Positions 10,035-21,860 of a stretch of 64,000 nucleotides of DNA are shown here, one piece after another. Below the pieces are notes generated by a model. The model was not told the origin of the DNA. It worked only from the letters and a program-made list of their open reading frames with translations, and did not search any database. How positions within the stretch are numbered: the first letter of the stretch is position 1; each line of letters opens with the position of its first letter. The translations under genes and the position numbers were made by a program. The stretch lies in IMG/VR virus record IMGVR_UViG_3300028591_000105; one strand, 5' to 3'. The DNA is from an uncultured virus (IMG/VR IMGVR_UViG_3300028591_000105) (lineage: Duplodnaviria; Heunggongvirae; Uroviricota; Caudoviricetes).

Positions 10035-10373
10035 CAAATTCCTCCTTTCGCTTTGGATTGATTCAATTATGTAATAAATTGAAGCGAAAGTAAAGTAATT
10101 AAGTTTGTCAATTATAGAAGTTTTATGTCAATAAGTTGGTTGGTAGAGGTAGGGAGAAACAGTTGAATATATGAATAAATTATTAATAAGTTAAAACTTT
10201 TTATTAATAAAAAATTCATATATTTAGTTGCCTATGGTGAGTAATAGTAATTGATTAGTTGACAAAAATTGATAGTAAAAATTAGTAGAATTGTATAAAA
10301 ATTTAGGAAAAGATAGATAGAACTTTTATAGAGAATACTAAAATATTACTTTATAATAAAGGAGGGATGCTAT

Positions 10374-10601
10374 ATGCATACTTATGAAGAATACAATGAA
10401 CCCATTTAGAAGCTAATTAAAATAATGAGAGATGATTATCCTAATGGTATTGAGTTATGTATCAATAAAATTGGAGCAGATTTAAAGAATAATTAGACTA
10501 TACAATGTTACCTAGGAGAAGATTTTATTAAGGAAGAGTGTGGTAATGGAGAGTTGTCTATGGAAGAAATTTAGAAAGGAATGAAAAGTATGGGATATTA
10601 A
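10374..10601 (+). CDS. Hypothetical protein
   Basis: AAGGAGG RBS; three TAG=Gln; ends before bidirectional terminator at ~10616-10639. Confidence 0.55.
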
Positions 10602-10644
10602 ATAGGTAAAATAAAAACTCCCCTAGTAATAGGGGAGTTAAGTA

Positions 10645-10764
10645 TTATTCATCGTAATAACCGATGTCTACTAAATAATCGTAAACATCATCTCTAATTC
10701 TTAAAGGGACATTTTCAAGAGTTTTAAGTCCTTTCATAATTAAATTAGCATATATCTTTACCAT
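10645..10764 (-). CDS. Small XkdX/CD1375-like protein (tail-module associated)
   Basis: MVKIYANLIMKGLKTLENVPLRIRDDV...; coupled to 10770-11039. Confidence 0.65.
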   Translation of the reverse strand: MVKIYANLIMKGLKTLENVPLRIRDDVYDYLVDIGYYDE

Positions 10765-10769
10765 TTAAA

Positions 10770-11039
10770 TCACTCCATTGACTCATAAATGTCACAAAGT
10801 GCCATTTGAGTATCTAAAATATCCTGTTTTAAGCCGGCTATTTCTTCTTCTAATGCGGTCTTATATTCAATTGTATCAGGATTAATTTTTTCATCTGTTT
10901 CCTCATATGTATAAGGACAAGGATTAATATCCACTGGTTCATCATATACTAAGCCAGTTTCAACTTGAAGTAGCTTAAAACCTTCATCAGAATAATGTTT
11001 AACTAAAGTATCATTATTCAAAAATTCTTGTAAAATCAT
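10770..11039 (-). CDS. Tail-module accessory protein (XkdW-like position)
   Basis: C-terminal coiled segment LKQDILDTQMALCDIYE directly upstream of XkdX-like gene. Confidence 0.6.
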   Translation of the reverse strand: MILQEFLNNDTLVKHYSDEGFKLLQVETGLVYDEPVDINPCPYTYEETDEKINPDTIEYKTALEEEIAGLKQDILDTQMALCDIYESME

Positions 11040-11198
11040 AAGATAACCTCCTTTGAAAATTCTATTAAATAATAGAAAATATCTATTTCAGATATAAAGT
11101 AGAAATGTCTTAATATATACTCTAGAAAAAGTAGACTATTTGATTTTTATACTAGTTTATGATATAATTATAATAACAAAATAATAGGAGGAATGTAA

Positions 11199-12179
11199 AT
11201 GAAATTATAGATACTAGTACCTTAGTATAATGAAACTAAAAAAGATATTGAACCTTTATTAGATAGTTTAAAAATTTAGCAAAATATAGATTTCAATGAA
11301 CTTGGAGTCATTATTGTTAATGATGGTTCAAATATATTCTTAGATGAAGAGTGGTTAACATCTTATCCATTTAAAATAGAATATTATAAAGATGAACACA
11401 AGGGAGTTTCTGCTACTCGTAATGCCGCCCTTGATAGAGCAACTGCAGATTATGTAATGTTTTGCGATGCTGATGATATGTTCTATAATGCTTGCGGATT
11501 GTGGATAGTATTTAGAGAAATAAGTATGGGAGGTTTTAATGCTTTAATTTCCGTATTTATTGAAGAAACTCGCAATCCAGAAACAAATGAAGAAATTTAT
11601 GTAAATCATGAAATGGATAGTACTTTTGTTCATGGTAAGGTTTATAGAAGATAGTATTTAATTGATGAAGAGATTAGATTCAATCCTGAATTGACTATTC
11701 ACGAAGATAGCTATTTTAATTTCTTAGCTCAGCACATTTCTTCTGGAGATAATGTAAAAATATGTATGAGTCCTTTTTATCTCTGGAGATGGAGAGATAA
11801 TTCAGTATGTAGACATGATGAAAAGTATATTTTAAAAACATATAATAATATGTTAGATAGTTCTACTGCATTGGTTAAAGAATTATTATCTAGGAAGAAA
11901 AAAGCACTTGCAGAAGAAGTAGTGACTGGTATGATAATGGATGCTTATTTTACTATGAATAAAGATGAGTGGATAAATCAGGAAAATAAGGAATATAGGG
12001 ATAAGACTGAAAAAAGATTTAAGGAATATTATTTAAAGTTTAAGAAATTATTTGATGAAATTGATAAGTAGAAAAAGACTTAGATTATAATGGGAATAAA
12101 GAATAGAATGTATATGGAAGGATTGGTAATGGAAAGTATTACCTTTGATGATTGGATAAAAGAAGTTATGAAGTGGTAA
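11199..12179 (+). CDS. Glycosyltransferase family 2
   Basis: MKLQILVPQYNE, IIVNDGS, GVSATRNAAL, YVMFCDADD, HED; joins ORFs 11457 and 11691 via TAG=Gln. Confidence 0.9.
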
Positions 12180-12185
12180 TAAAAT

Positions 12186-12214
12186 ACCCCTAGAGGAAAC
12201 TCTAGGGGTTTTCT
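12186..12214. terminator. Bidirectional intrinsic terminator between GT2 and LRR operon
   Basis: acccctagag-gaaa-ctctaggggt flanked by A- and T-tracts. Confidence 0.8.
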
Positions 12215-13020
12215 TATGGGATATAAGATGTAATACGGTTTGAATAATAAGTCCAATTAGTTGCTGATTTATAGGCAGATACTAATGATGAGGGGACATA
12301 TATGCTGCCAAATGAGCCTGTATATGTAGATTTTGACATTGGAGTACTAAAGAAAGCATTAGAATTAGATAATGTACAAACAGATGTAGATAAAAGATAT
12401 AATGATATTAATGAAGTACAAGACTAAAAAGCATAATAATCAATAGAAGTACAATTAGGGAAGTTTACTGATGTTAATGAAGTACAACCGTAAAAAGCAC
12501 AGTAACCAATAGCAGTACAATTAGGGAAGTTTACTGATGTTAATGAAGTACATTCCTCAAAAGCATAATTATCAATAGTAGTACAATTAGGAAAACTTAT
12601 TGATGTTAAGGAAGAACAAGATTGAAAAGCATCATCACCAATGGCAGTACAGTTAGGAAAATTTATTGATGTTAATGAACGACAACCTGCAAAAGCATAA
12701 TAACCAATTATATTTTGCTCTCCTGTATAATGTTCAATGGTTTTATTTATAATTGACATAGAATTTTCATCTATAATCTCTTTATCTACATAATAAATCA
12801 TATTCCCTTCTATATCTGTTATTCTTTTTTCTTGCCAATTATTTGCATTCCAACTTCCAGAATTTTTATTAGTACATTGCCATAAGGAGTTATTATAAAT
12901 ACAAAAACTATTTATCTCATAAGTTTTTAAAGTAGAATATTGTTCAGCCAACTATAAGCGAAGAGCTTGGTCAACTAGAGTATAAGATATATTATTAAGT
13001 ATAATTTGCTTTATTGCCAT
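12214..13020 (-). CDS. BspA-type (LRR_5) leucine-rich repeat protein A, 5 repeats
   Basis: 23-aa FPNCTxIxxxAFxxCxSL repeats; C-cap GSIYVPSSLV...NWTYYSNRI. Confidence 0.85.
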
Positions 13021-13899
13021 TTAATCACCTTCATATGCTGTAATACGTTTTGAATAATAAGTCCAATTAGTTGCTATTTTATAAGAATTTACAAGTGATG
13101 AAGGAACATAAATGCTACCGAATGAACCTGTATATGTAGAATTTGACATTGGAGTACTAAAGAAAGCATTAGAGTTAGATAATATGCAAACAGAGGGAGA
13201 TAGAAGATATAATGATGTTAATGAACGACAATTTGAGAAAGCATAACTACCAATAGTAGTACAATTAGGAAAACTTGCTGATGTTAATGAACGACAACCT
13301 GCAAAAGCATCATTACCAATAGTAGTACAATTAGGAAAATTTATTGATGCTAATGAAGCACAATATTGAAAAGCATAGCTACCAATAGCAGTACATTTAG
13401 GAAAATTTATTGATGCTAATGAAGCACAATATTGAAAAGTAGAGTCACCAATAGTAGTACAATTAGGGAAAATTGCTGATGTTAATGGATTACAATATTG
13501 AAAAGTAGAGTCACCAATAATAGTACAATTGGGAAAACTTATTGATGTTAATGAATGACAAGACTAAAAAGCATAGCTACCAATAGCAGTACAATTAGGG
13601 AAAATTACTGATGTTAATGAATCACAATACCAAAAAGCAGAGTCATCAATAGCAGTACAGTTAGGGAAAATTGCTGATGTTAATGAATAACAAAGTGCAA
13701 AAGCAGAATTACCAATAATAGTACAATTAGGAAATTCTATTGATGTTAATGAAGCACAACCTGTAAAAGCACCCTTATTAATACTACTTATAATATCATC
13801 TCTTACTATATTAATATTCCTCTCTACCAAATTATTTTCAATGTCATTATAGTGATAAACTTTATTATTAGAATATAATGCTTGAAACATATCTTTCAT
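13021..13899 (-). CDS. BspA-type LRR protein B, 9 repeats
   Basis: Same repeat and C-cap; frame continues through TAG at 13564. Confidence 0.85.
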
Positions 13900-13903
13900 T
13901 TAA

Positions 13904-14596
13904 TCACCCCTCGTATGCTGTAATACGGTCTGAATAATAAGTCCAATTGGTTGCTGATTTATAGGCAGATACTAATGATGAGGGGACATATATGCTGCCA
14001 AATGAGCCTGTATATGTAGATTTTAATATTGGTGTATTGAAGAACGCATTGGAATAAATTAATGTACAAATAGATGTAGATAAAAGATATAACGATGTTA
14101 ATGAAGTACAATCGTAAAAAGGATAGTAACCAATAGTAGTACAATTAGGAAAACTTACTGATGTTAATTTAGAACAACTACGAAAAGTATAACCATCAAT
14201 ATTGGTACAGTTAGGAAATTCTACTGATGTTAATGAAGAACAATCCTAAAAAGCAGAGTTACGAATAGTAGTACAATTAGGAAAATTTACTGATACTAAT
14301 GAAGTACAACCGTAAAAAGCATAGTCACGAATAGTAGTACAATTAGGAAAATTTACTGATATTAATTTAGAACAACTACGAAAAGCACCATAACTAATAG
14401 TAGCACAGTTAGGAAATTCTACTGATACTAATGAAGAACAATCCTAAAAAGCATAATCTTTTATTTTTTTAATCATATTCTCATCTTCTATTTTAAAAAT
14501 GTTATCATTTAAAAATATTTTTAATAATTGAATTTTTTTATTTCCATAAAAAATATTATTTCTTTTTTCTAAATTTTCATAAAAAAATAATTTCAT
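13904..14596 (-). CDS. BspA-type LRR protein C, 6 repeats
   Basis: MKLFFYEN...DYAFQDC...; GGAGG RBS; missed by ORF track because of TAGs. Confidence 0.85.
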
Positions 14597-14597
14597 T

Positions 14598-15617
14598 TTA
14601 ATTACCTCCTTCATACGTTGTAATACGGTCTGAATAATAAATCCAATTGGTTGCTGTTTTATAAGAATTTACAAGTGATGAAGGAACATATATACTGCCA
14701 AAAGCACCAGTATACATAGATAATGATATTGGAGTATTGGAGAACGCATTGGAATTAGATAATTTACAAACAGAAGTAGATAGAAGATATAATGATGTTA
14801 ATGAAGTACAACTTTGAAAAACAGAATTATAAATAGTAGTACAATTAGGGAAAATTGCTGATGTTAATGAGGTACAACTCTAAAAAGCAGAATTACTAAT
14901 AGTAGCACAGTTAGGAAAATCAACTGATACTAATGAAGTACAACCGTAAAAAGCAAAGCTACCAATAGAAGTACAATTAGGAAAATTTATTGATGTTAAT
15001 TTAGAACAGCTACGAAAAGCAGAGCTACCAATAGTAGTACAATTAGGAAAACTTACTGATACTAATAAAGTACATCTTTCAAAAGCAGAGCTACCAATAG
15101 TAGTACAATTAGGAAAACTTACTGATACTAATGAAGTACATCTCTAAAAAGCAGCATTGCTAATAGTAGCACAGTTAGGAAAACTTACTGATACTAATGA
15201 AGTACAAGCCCAAAAAGCAGAGCTACCAATAGTAGTACAATTAGGAAAACTTACTGATATTAATGAAGTACAATAATAGAAAGCATAATCTCTTATTTGT
15301 TCCGCATCATTTCCTATATAACTCTTACTATAACTAGACTATATCATCCAAATTAAATCATCCCAATCTTCACATTCCATTTCTTTTTCATTTTCTCTTA
15401 CATTCATTAAATCTGCTAAATAAACCCCACTCCACATTGTACTATCCCATGTTCCACTAGTATCTCCAACGCACTAATATAATAACCCATTATTCTATAC
15501 TAAATCTCCTTCCAAATAACTTTTATTTTCATTATATTCTTCCGCAGTTATTGCTCTACCAAAAGCATCTTTAATATCATATGAATGATTATCTACTTTT
15601 ATTCCCTTAATATTCAT
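14598..15617 (-). CDS. BspA-type LRR protein D, 8 repeats, with tail-protein-like N-terminus
   Basis: MNIKGIKVDNHSYDIKD...YLEGDLVQNNGLLYQC then LRRs and C-cap. Confidence 0.85.
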
Positions 15618-15856
15618 ATGTTTTCACCTCTTATTAAATCTGTAATGGTAATTTTATTCCATTTAGCATTATTAAACTGCTCTGGAGTAGATATATCATT
15701 TATACACTCATATAATTCATACTAATAAATACAGAAGTCTCCTTTTTGATAAGTTGCTATTGAACTATAGGGTTCTGCCACCATATCATAAAAACTACTG
15801 TCTATAAAATTAACTATTGCACCATCAGGGAGCGTAATTTTTGAAATATTAGCCAT
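15614..15856 (-). CDS. Small tail-associated protein (YxxGD..YxC..W module)
   Basis: MANISKITLPDG...YQKGDFCIYQYELYEC...W; similar to N-termini of LRR proteins A and D. Confidence 0.65.
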
Positions 15857-15897
15857 TATTTTTTCACCTCTCCTTTATAAAATTTCCATTTAATATA

Positions 15898-15924
15898 AAG
15901 TAAAAATATCTTATCTCTTATCTA
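15898..15924 (-). promoter_or_regulatory. Putative phage late promoter TAGA-N19-ACTT driving LRR operon
   Basis: Same spacing at 7120, 17569, 24832, 36139, 47202 (-) and 47241 (+). Confidence 0.65.
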
Positions 15925-15983
15925 TAAAAAAGAAAAGGGTATTAATTGAATAATACCCTTTCTAAAAAATTATATTTTTACAA

Positions 15984-17057
15984 TTAGATACTAACAGGAG
16001 TAACTGTTTTGGTAACATCAGAAGCAGTGCCCTGAGTAATGCTACCATCTGGAGTATAGTTACCAGAAGCAGTAAGTTCATCCCCAACTTTAATTGCACC
16101 GGTAGGAGTACCAGAAACACTAACAGTACCAAGAGTTTGGGTAAATGTAGGCTGAGATACAGTACCTTCGGGAGTACCAGTAACTTCAATATTAGCAAGT
16201 GTACCTGTAAATGTAGGCTGAGATACAGTACCCTCAGGAGTACCAGTAACACTGACAGAACCACCAGTCTGAGTGAAAGTAGGAGACTCATGAAGTTCAG
16301 CAGTAACACTTGTTATAAAAGTCTTAGTGCCAGTTAAAGAAGGTAATGAGCCTCCATCAAAAGTAAGCGCAGTAAAACTTAGATTCTCATTAGATTCATC
16401 TACAGAAACAGAATATGCTGTTCCATTTAATTGTGCTACAGCTCCAGGATTAAGACCTACTGTTCCAGTAGTAGTGTCATCCACATCAATGGCTGGTTTA
16501 GAAATAGTTCCTGTTACAGTGGCCGTACCAGTAGAATTAAGAGGAGTACCATTAAAAGTAGGTTGAGATACAGTACCCGCAGGAGTAAAAGAACCTGTAG
16601 CTGTTAATTCATCACCAGTAAATGTGGGCTAACTAACAGTACCTTCAACACTAGCATTACCAGTAGAATTCAATGAATTACCAACAAAATCAAAATGTGT
16701 TGAAGTACCTTCCCATGTTGGATTTCCATACTCCTTAACTGTCACGCTACCTTCGTCAACAAAAGCAAAATCTCCTAAGTTTTCAAGAGAAACATCACCA
16801 AATTCTGCCCAAGCGTTACCATTAAAAATGAACTCCTTATCACCTTTAATTACTATATCGCCAGCGACAGCAGTTACATCTTCTCCATCAATTACAATAG
16901 TAGATATAGTAGAACCATTTACAATGTTTGAAGTTGTAACGCCAAGAAACTGAGTAAATTTTGCCATATCGGCAATTTGATCTCTCGCCTCTTTATCCTT
17001 TACCAGATACACATCTGAGCCAAAGGTTAATTGTGAAATATACTTATTTTCAGGCAT
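15984..17057 (-). CDS. Thr/Gly-rich repeat virion/tail fibre-like protein
   Basis: GTVSQPTFTG repeats (66-bp DNA repeat at 16141/16207); one copy has TAG at the Q position. Confidence 0.75.
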
Positions 17058-17085
17058 TAAAAATCATCTCCTTTAAAAAATAAAA

Positions 17086-17517
17086 TTATCTAATGAAATT
17101 TAATGTTTCATCAGATTCATCTATAGAAATTGAAACCTTATTGTTCCAATATTCTTTCTCTTCTTCGGTAACACCACCTGTATTAATAAAATTTAAAGCA
17201 CCAAGTTTTGTTACTCCATCTCCTATTTTTATATTCTAAACAATTTTTCCATTTTGATTATCCTAATAAACATAAATTAATCCAAGGAAACTGGTGTTAT
17301 CTTCTTCTTCTGCCCAATCTGCAGATGTTTTAATCTATATTTTTGCACCTTCTTGTCTTAATTCGTCTACTGTAGTAGAAATATTATTTACTGAATCAGT
17401 AAGAGCAGCAACCTAGGCTTTTATTTCATTAATATCTGATGGTGACATATTGCTTATATAAGATTTTGAAAAATAGTAGGGGTCAATAGTTGTATCTCTT
17501 CCTTGATTTATTAACAT
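17086..17517 (-). CDS. Tail-associated protein with KIGDG motif
   Basis: ...NIKIGDGVTKLGALNF...EEKEYWNNK; KIGDG is typical of tail fibre N-terminal modules. Confidence 0.65.
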
Positions 17518-17620
17518 TGTACCTATCCACCTCCATATAGATTATTTATCCTAATTTATCTATTTATAAAGTAAATAGGATAAAGAACCAATCTAAAAAT
17601 TTTATAATACTCCATATTTA

Positions 17621-17709
17621 TTACACTTCACGCCACCACCCTAGGAAAAATCCTAATGTGAAAAATTGCTATAAGTCCTCTAAAATTTTGATGCGGCGGC
17701 GCTTGGTAC
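17621..17709 (+). repeat. Dispersed ~80-bp element
   Basis: ttacacttcacgccaccaccctaggaaaaatcctaatgtgaaa...gcggcggcgcttggta. Confidence 0.75.
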
Positions 17710-17736
17710 GAAAAAAGACGTAGGATTTCTCCTACG

Positions 17737-18969
17737 TCAAATTTTTCCTTGTAATTCATCAAGATAGCCCGCTGCCTATGCAGTTTTACTACGTTCTATC
17801 TTGTTCAATCTTACTGTAGCAAAATAGGGAGCATATTCCTCAGAATCAGCTAACTTCAGCAATAACTTTAACCCGTTCTTGTCCTTAAACAAACTCGAAT
17901 CAGTCTGTTTAAGATCTCCATCTAGAAAAATACGAGAATTATCTCCGCAACGTGCAATAAGTAGTTTTATATGTTCATCCGTTAAGTTCTATGCCTCATT
18001 AACAATAATAATACTATTATCAAAACTTCTACCTCTTGCATATCCCATCGGTACTATCTCCAACTCCCCATTGTCTTCCATTCTCTGAATTTCATCTATT
18101 CCAACCAAATCCATTAGAGGTCCGATAGATCCAGCTACTTTATCTAGCTTCTCTCCGGGAAGTGCTCCTATATTAATTGTATTAGCAACAAAAGCATTAT
18201 TAGGAATATAAACTATCTTATTAATATTACCTTTTTCAAGCTCCTATAGCGCATAATTATTCAGAAGGTAACTCTTGCCTGTGCCCCACTAGCCGCCGGC
18301 ATAGATAATAGTAATATCAGGATTTTCCAAAGCATCAAATAAACACTGCTACTCTGCATTACCTGCTCTAGGATAAACTTTTCTAATCCATTTATTCCTA
18401 ATTTCTCTTACTTTTATCTCCTACAATTCGCCGCCGCGCCAAACTAAAATATTTAGAATAAGTCCATTATAATCTCTAATAATAAAATACTCATTCTCTT
18501 TCAAATTAAATTGAACTGGCGGCCGGCGTGAAGTAAGAACTTCTTCTAATTCTGCACTATACCCATTTTCATCAAGTTCAATCGTCCAACTCTATACTCC
18601 ACTATAGTCTTCACTGCCGCCATATCCATGTGTTTGAAGTCCGGCGATACGAGCTTTAACTTTCAAATATATATCATTAGTAATTAAAGTACCAGCATAG
18701 GATTTTGTTAGTTCAAGTAGTTTATCATCAACTGGTATCTTCTCTTCTTCCTAGCTATCGTCAAACTATAGTCTCTCAATATTTCTTGAAATAACTATTG
18801 CCGCTCGCCGTGACTAAAAAGCAACTTCAGGATTCTAATTTCTTTTTAATCCATCAAGTTCCTTTAGTACATCAGTAGCAATAATTAAATTATCTTCTTG
18901 CTATAGTATTTGAGGATATGACAACAATATATTCGTGTCAACAATTTTAAATTTACTAATACTTCTCAC
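17737..18969 (-). CDS. phoH: PIN-PhoH (PhoH2-type) protein
   Basis: VDTNIL, KELDGLK (PIN); GQWGTGKS Walker A, GALPG, RGRSF, NEAQNL, GDLKQTD with TAG=Gln. Confidence 0.88.
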
Positions 18970-19000
18970 TCCTTGGTATTAGAAGGAGTTACTACTCTTC

Positions 19001-19975
19001 TTAAACCAATTCTTTTATTTCTGTGATTGCTTTGAACAGAAGTTCTACATCAGACCTGTCTATTTCACTAAACTTAGTAGGCTTACCAAAAATATCTTCT
19101 AGTATCTTTGCCGCCTCTTCAGTCTTATCAACATCAATTAACCTTGCCCAATATGCTTTTGCTTCTTCCATTAGATTATCATAGTCTAGTTTATTATAAA
19201 CATTCTCTTCTTCACTTACTGTGCCGCCGCTATGTTTAACTTCTTCATCAACTGCATCACAAATTGCATTTACAAGGTTCTAATAAGATAGTTCCACATA
19301 AGGCTTTATATATGCAAAACGAGAGCCGGCATAGAAGCGATTATCACCTCTAAAGAACAAGTATCTCTTCTACTTGATTTCACCGTCTTCTTCTACTTCA
19401 ACCTAACGTAAATAAGCAATTGTATCAACAAGTTTATTCACAATCTAAAATGCTCTGTCTGGTAAAGCCAAGTTTATCTAGTTATATTCTTCTCCATTGT
19501 CATTCTTTAATGTTTTCTCTTTAGAATGAGAAATGAAAAATAATCCATAACCAGCAAATGCTAATTCCCTCAATGTAGAGGAAAATTCGTCATCTAGTAA
19601 CTTATAACCGCCGCCATAAGGTATTTCTTTTATTGATTGAATACCGTTCTATTCACAAATATGTCTTTCACATAATTTATACATTTCATCAACGGTATCT
19701 ATTGTTACTACATCTATCTTATCTCTTAATTCTTCTTTATTCCTAATAAGTTGTTTAACAACTTTTTTCCACTCGGACCACTTGATTATGGGCTGCACGA
19801 GCACGTTATTGAGCGCGTTAGTGCCAGGTTCAAACGAGGCAATAAGCACCTTATCCACCTGGCTCGCTAGGGTCGTTTTTCCAACCTTCGCAGCCCCGTA
19901 AATGAGAAAGAACTTACCTCTTAAATCTCTACTAATTCTCTAAGGTTGTAAATTCAATAAATCAATTTCCGCCAT
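19001..19975 (-). CDS. AAA_24/Sak4-like ATPase
   Basis: IYGAAKVGKTT, IDTVD, YGGGY, FISH, AGSRF; next to SSB. Confidence 0.8.
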
Positions 19976-20052
19976 CTAATCTCACTCCTTTTCTTTATGC
20001 TATTTCTCATATCCTAAAAAAAAATAAAGGCGACATTTCTGCCGCCTTTTAC

Positions 20053-20967
20053 TTAGAAGCCCAAATTAGGCTTTTTCTTACTTGCATTTGAAGTACTACC
20101 AGACGACTGATTCTTATTCAAAATCTCCTGCTTGTACTTCTCTCTCTCTTCAAGAGCGAGATTAACAAGGTCAGGGTCATAAGATAGAGATTCTTCAAAC
20201 CCTTCTCCGGCACCCTTCTTAATTAATAGCTCTCTGCTACTAACTGTTCTATGGCGCTTAATTGGATCACCAAATCCCTGCTCTTCTTCCCATTCAATGG
20301 TCTTGAAACTCATCTTAATAATTCCAGCTACACTTACTGTGTCGCCTTCTTCCCAATGATTTTCAATGAATGTCTTAGCATTACTACCAGGAACGTCTTG
20401 AGCAATAAGGTCGATAACATTTGCTCTTCCATTATAGCCAAAAACAATGAAACTTACAATAAGTCTTCCTGTTTCTTCGCCTTCTCTATTTACTTCCTCA
20501 CGCATCTTTCCGATTACACCAGTAAATTCAAAAGTTGCGCTGTCCTCTTCTTCTTTTCTGGCTTTATTAATGAAATTAGAACTAATCTGGAAAGTGGAGG
20601 TTATATCTCCTTTCTTATTAATGTAGATATTTTCCTCTATCTGTGCCGCATTACCACCAACATAAATCCTTGTTGCTTCATTGGGGTCATCTACAATACT
20701 CATTGGCACAAGTTCGGTACGATACTTTACAATACGGTCATAATTAGGATTAATGGTACCATCCTTTTTCTTCTTCATAGAGAACATTTGAACAGGTACA
20801 TCATTTTCAACCATTTCTCCATTTATTTCCTAGTCTACTCTAATAGTAGCACGACCACGGACATATTCACGTCCATCAGCAGTCTTATCCTCTCTAATAT
20901 CTAACTCACTTAAAAGTCCATTAATTGTAAGATTATTTACTGATTCTACTTTCTTAGGGTCTAACAT
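20053..20967 (-). CDS. Single-stranded DNA-binding protein (phage type)
   Basis: OB-fold-like beta-rich sequence, low-complexity tail ending in F; start at 20967 via TAG=Gln. Confidence 0.65.
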
Positions 20968-21061
20968 TCTTAAATTCCTCCGATATACTTAATTCTTTGT
21001 AACATAAAATAAAAAGGTTTATTTAGGAGGGGATAACCCCTCCATTTATTAACCTTTAAAA

Positions 21062-21352
21062 TTACTCCTCGGTCTCGCCAGCAAGCTCAGCATCGAGGTC
21101 GTAATCTGCACCTTCCTGAGTTAGAGCAAACATCTTAACTTCCTTAGACTTGCCCTCTGCATCAGTTACAGTTTCAGTATAACGGGTAGCAAAATTTTTA
21201 TTGCAAAGTCCAGTTACCGATCCAGTTACAGAACCAGACTTTTCAAAGTTAAGGGCCTCTTGCACTTGCTTTGTTGTAAACCCTACGCCTACACCAGCTT
21301 CCTTAAGGAAACGGAATACCTTAATGCTATTCTCAGAACGTTTCTTTGCCAT
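21062..21352 (-). CDS. Small winged-helix DNA-binding protein
   Basis: VFRFLK...TTKQVQEAL...SVTGLCNK...FALTQEG. Confidence 0.6.
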   Translation of the reverse strand: MAKKRSENSIKVFRFLKEAGVGVGFTTKQVQEALNFEKSGSVTGSVTGLCNKNFATRYTETVTDAEGKSKEVKMFALTQEGADYDLDAELAGETEE

Positions 21353-21488
21353 GATAAAATCACTCCTTTAAAATTAAAATAATTTAAAATTTATTAAATA
21401 AAAACATTGAGCGAATGGGTTCTCCATTATAAATGCCCCTTGTTTTATTTACTATAATAATTATACCATACTCCTATCTCAAAGTCAA

Positions 21489-21860
21489 TTAATTAGGTTT
21501 AGTAAGTTTCTTAAATAGGTCTTCCGCTGCAACCTTAGCCTTTGTAATCAACTCTATTTGTTGTGTCCAAGAAGTTGCCAAATAGAAATAAACAAGTGCT
21601 ATATCATTTATTTCAGCAGTGGTAAAATTAAAGTCGTTATTTAGTACCTTTCGTCTAAGTTTTTCATACTTTGTAGTGTCCTTAGCCATACTCAATACAT
21701 AATTCTTCCACTAATCTTCTGCTTCTAAACCAGTTTTAATTTCTCCATGTTCATTAGTATATTCTTTTAATTCATAAAGTCTGTCTAGCAGAGCATTTAG
21801 CCCTGCTATTGTATCAGACTAATGTTCTTTTATAAGTGTTATTTTATCTTCATTATTCAT
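21489..21860 (-). CDS. Hypothetical protein
   Basis: Frame extended upstream through TAGs; overlaps gyrA end. Confidence 0.6.

Noticed and set aside
12400..15300. CRISPR array (regular repeats with variable intervals)
   Set aside because: Period is 69 bp in frame, encoding LRR units; repeats are degenerate at synonymous sites; no cas genes in the window
12214..15617. Diversity-generating retroelement acting on LRR genes
   Set aside because: No reverse transcriptase or non-coding template repeat in the window, and differences between repeats are not evidently adenine-specific; an RT elsewhere cannot be excluded
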